From Perna viridis (taxonomy: Eukaryota): 64,000 nucleotides of DNA. Position 1 is the first letter of the stretch; each line of letters starts with the position of its first letter. Of the stretch, positions 62,853-64,000 are shown one piece after another. Location of the stretch: the NCBI GenBank assembly GCA_037379345.1, contig CM074521.1:27118704-27182703 (forward strand), read 5' to 3'. The notes beneath the pieces are model-generated. The model did no database searches. It saw nothing but the letters and a program-made list of their open reading frames with translations, and was not told the origin of the DNA. The translations under genes were made by a program, and so were the position numbers.

Positions 62853-63901
62853 TTTTAGGCAAAATTTGGGCAAAAAGAGCAAATGCTTAACATCCTGGCA
62901 GTCTAATTTAAATTAGACCTTGTGTTATTTATTTTTTTTTTGTATTCGAACACAAATACAAATACAAAATTTTCTGCATTCAGATTTGCGCTTTTTAGAA
63001 AATCATACATTTTTCTCCCACTAAAAGCAACCAAATGAAGCCAAATCAAGAACAATAACTCTTGCAAAGTGCAAATTTCATGCTACAAACTATATAATTT
63101 TTATCTCAAAAGTGCAACAGCCAAATGAAAAACTAAGACTACCTACATGATCAGTTACTGTGTCTGAACAAGAAATAAAACTGAATTTGGTGGGTTTTTG
63201 ACATGCATGAATCACCCTCTGTCTGATTTTTAGAAAGACTGCTACTTAATTATTTAAAGCTCTGGGCCTGCATATTTATTTTTCGAGATGAAAGTATTTA
63301 AGTGTTATTTTCTGTATGGACAGGGTAGTAGGTGAATCAAAAAAAAACAAAACATCCATGAAATTTTATTAAAATGTTATCTGAAATGCAGAAAAAAACG
63401 CATTCATATCTTCAGTAATTCGAGGTATTAATGAATTGCAATTTCACACTGAAATGAAGATAACTCACTTCTTGGACAAACGAATTGTCAATTCGTCTTT
63501 AACAGACCATAAAATATATGCCCACGTGCACATTGTCCAATTCATGTGCTTTTTTATGAGCATGATTTATTATTTTTCAATTTTGCCTGATTCTTACAGA
63601 TTCTAGCACTTATAACGTATGTGTATTACATGAACAGTTATAACGTGTGTGTATTACACGAGTTTTTTTACTTTGAGTAGTTCGATTTTCCTTTTGACAG
63701 GGTGGACTTAAGGCTGATATTTTATTATTTGTGACGCTATAGGGTATATATAATTCTGTACTTCAGGCAGAACAGATAAGCCCAACTATTTATTAAACAT
63801 TCAATAACTACACAATTTGATTACAAATAATACTTTTACACTAACACATACATATGATTGTTCTATACCGTTTTGATCACTTTTTATCTTTTAAATTATA
63901 G

Positions 63902-64000
63902 GAAGCAAGAGCTAAATATAGGCAGACGTTTCACGAGGCGTCTTCAAAAATGTCACAGGTTGCACAGAAACGACGGAAAAGCATTACCAAGGCGCGGGAA
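63902..64000 (+). CDS. SH3BP5: SH3BP5-family exon, runs off the window (EARAKYRQTFHEASSKMSQVAQKRRKSITKARE)
   Basis: ttatag|; continues the SH3BP5 coiled coil (cf. DARQKFRSVLVEATVKL...); could equally be SH3BP5L-like. Confidence 0.85.

Overview
AT-rich eukaryotic (spliced) genomic DNA, most likely an invertebrate and probably a bivalve mollusc. That assignment is an inference from gene architecture and intronic repeat types. Positions 90-58535 (+) carry the 3' part of one giant gel-forming-mucin/hemocytin-like gene whose 5' end lies upstream of the window. I traced 59 GT-AG exons by hand. They splice into one continuous frame of 16,271 nt (about 5,420 aa). Domain order: TIL, VWC-like, PTS repeats with 5 CysD (Mucin2_WxxW), 5 FA58C/discoidin, 4 CysD, TIL, VWC-like, 3 CysD, a 33x12-aa two-variant PTS repeat, FA58C, 2 CysD, FA58C, CysD, TIL/VWC-like, LDLa, 3 CysD, Cys-rich/VWC-like modules, C-terminal cystine knot. 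Totals are 18 CysD and 7 FA58C, with no VWD domain in the window. A second gene of the SH3BP5 family (Rab11 GEF/Parcas-like) starts at about 60717 (+) and runs off the end. Introns contain MITEs (Tc1/pogo-like, Kolobok-like), a Helentron/HINE-like element, SINE-like repeats and minisatellites. Two minisatellites are 38-bp amplifications of an exon-intron junction that stack decoy splice donors. Most other ORFs in the supplied track are shadow frames or intronic noise. Exon boundaries were read by eye and need transcript confirmation.
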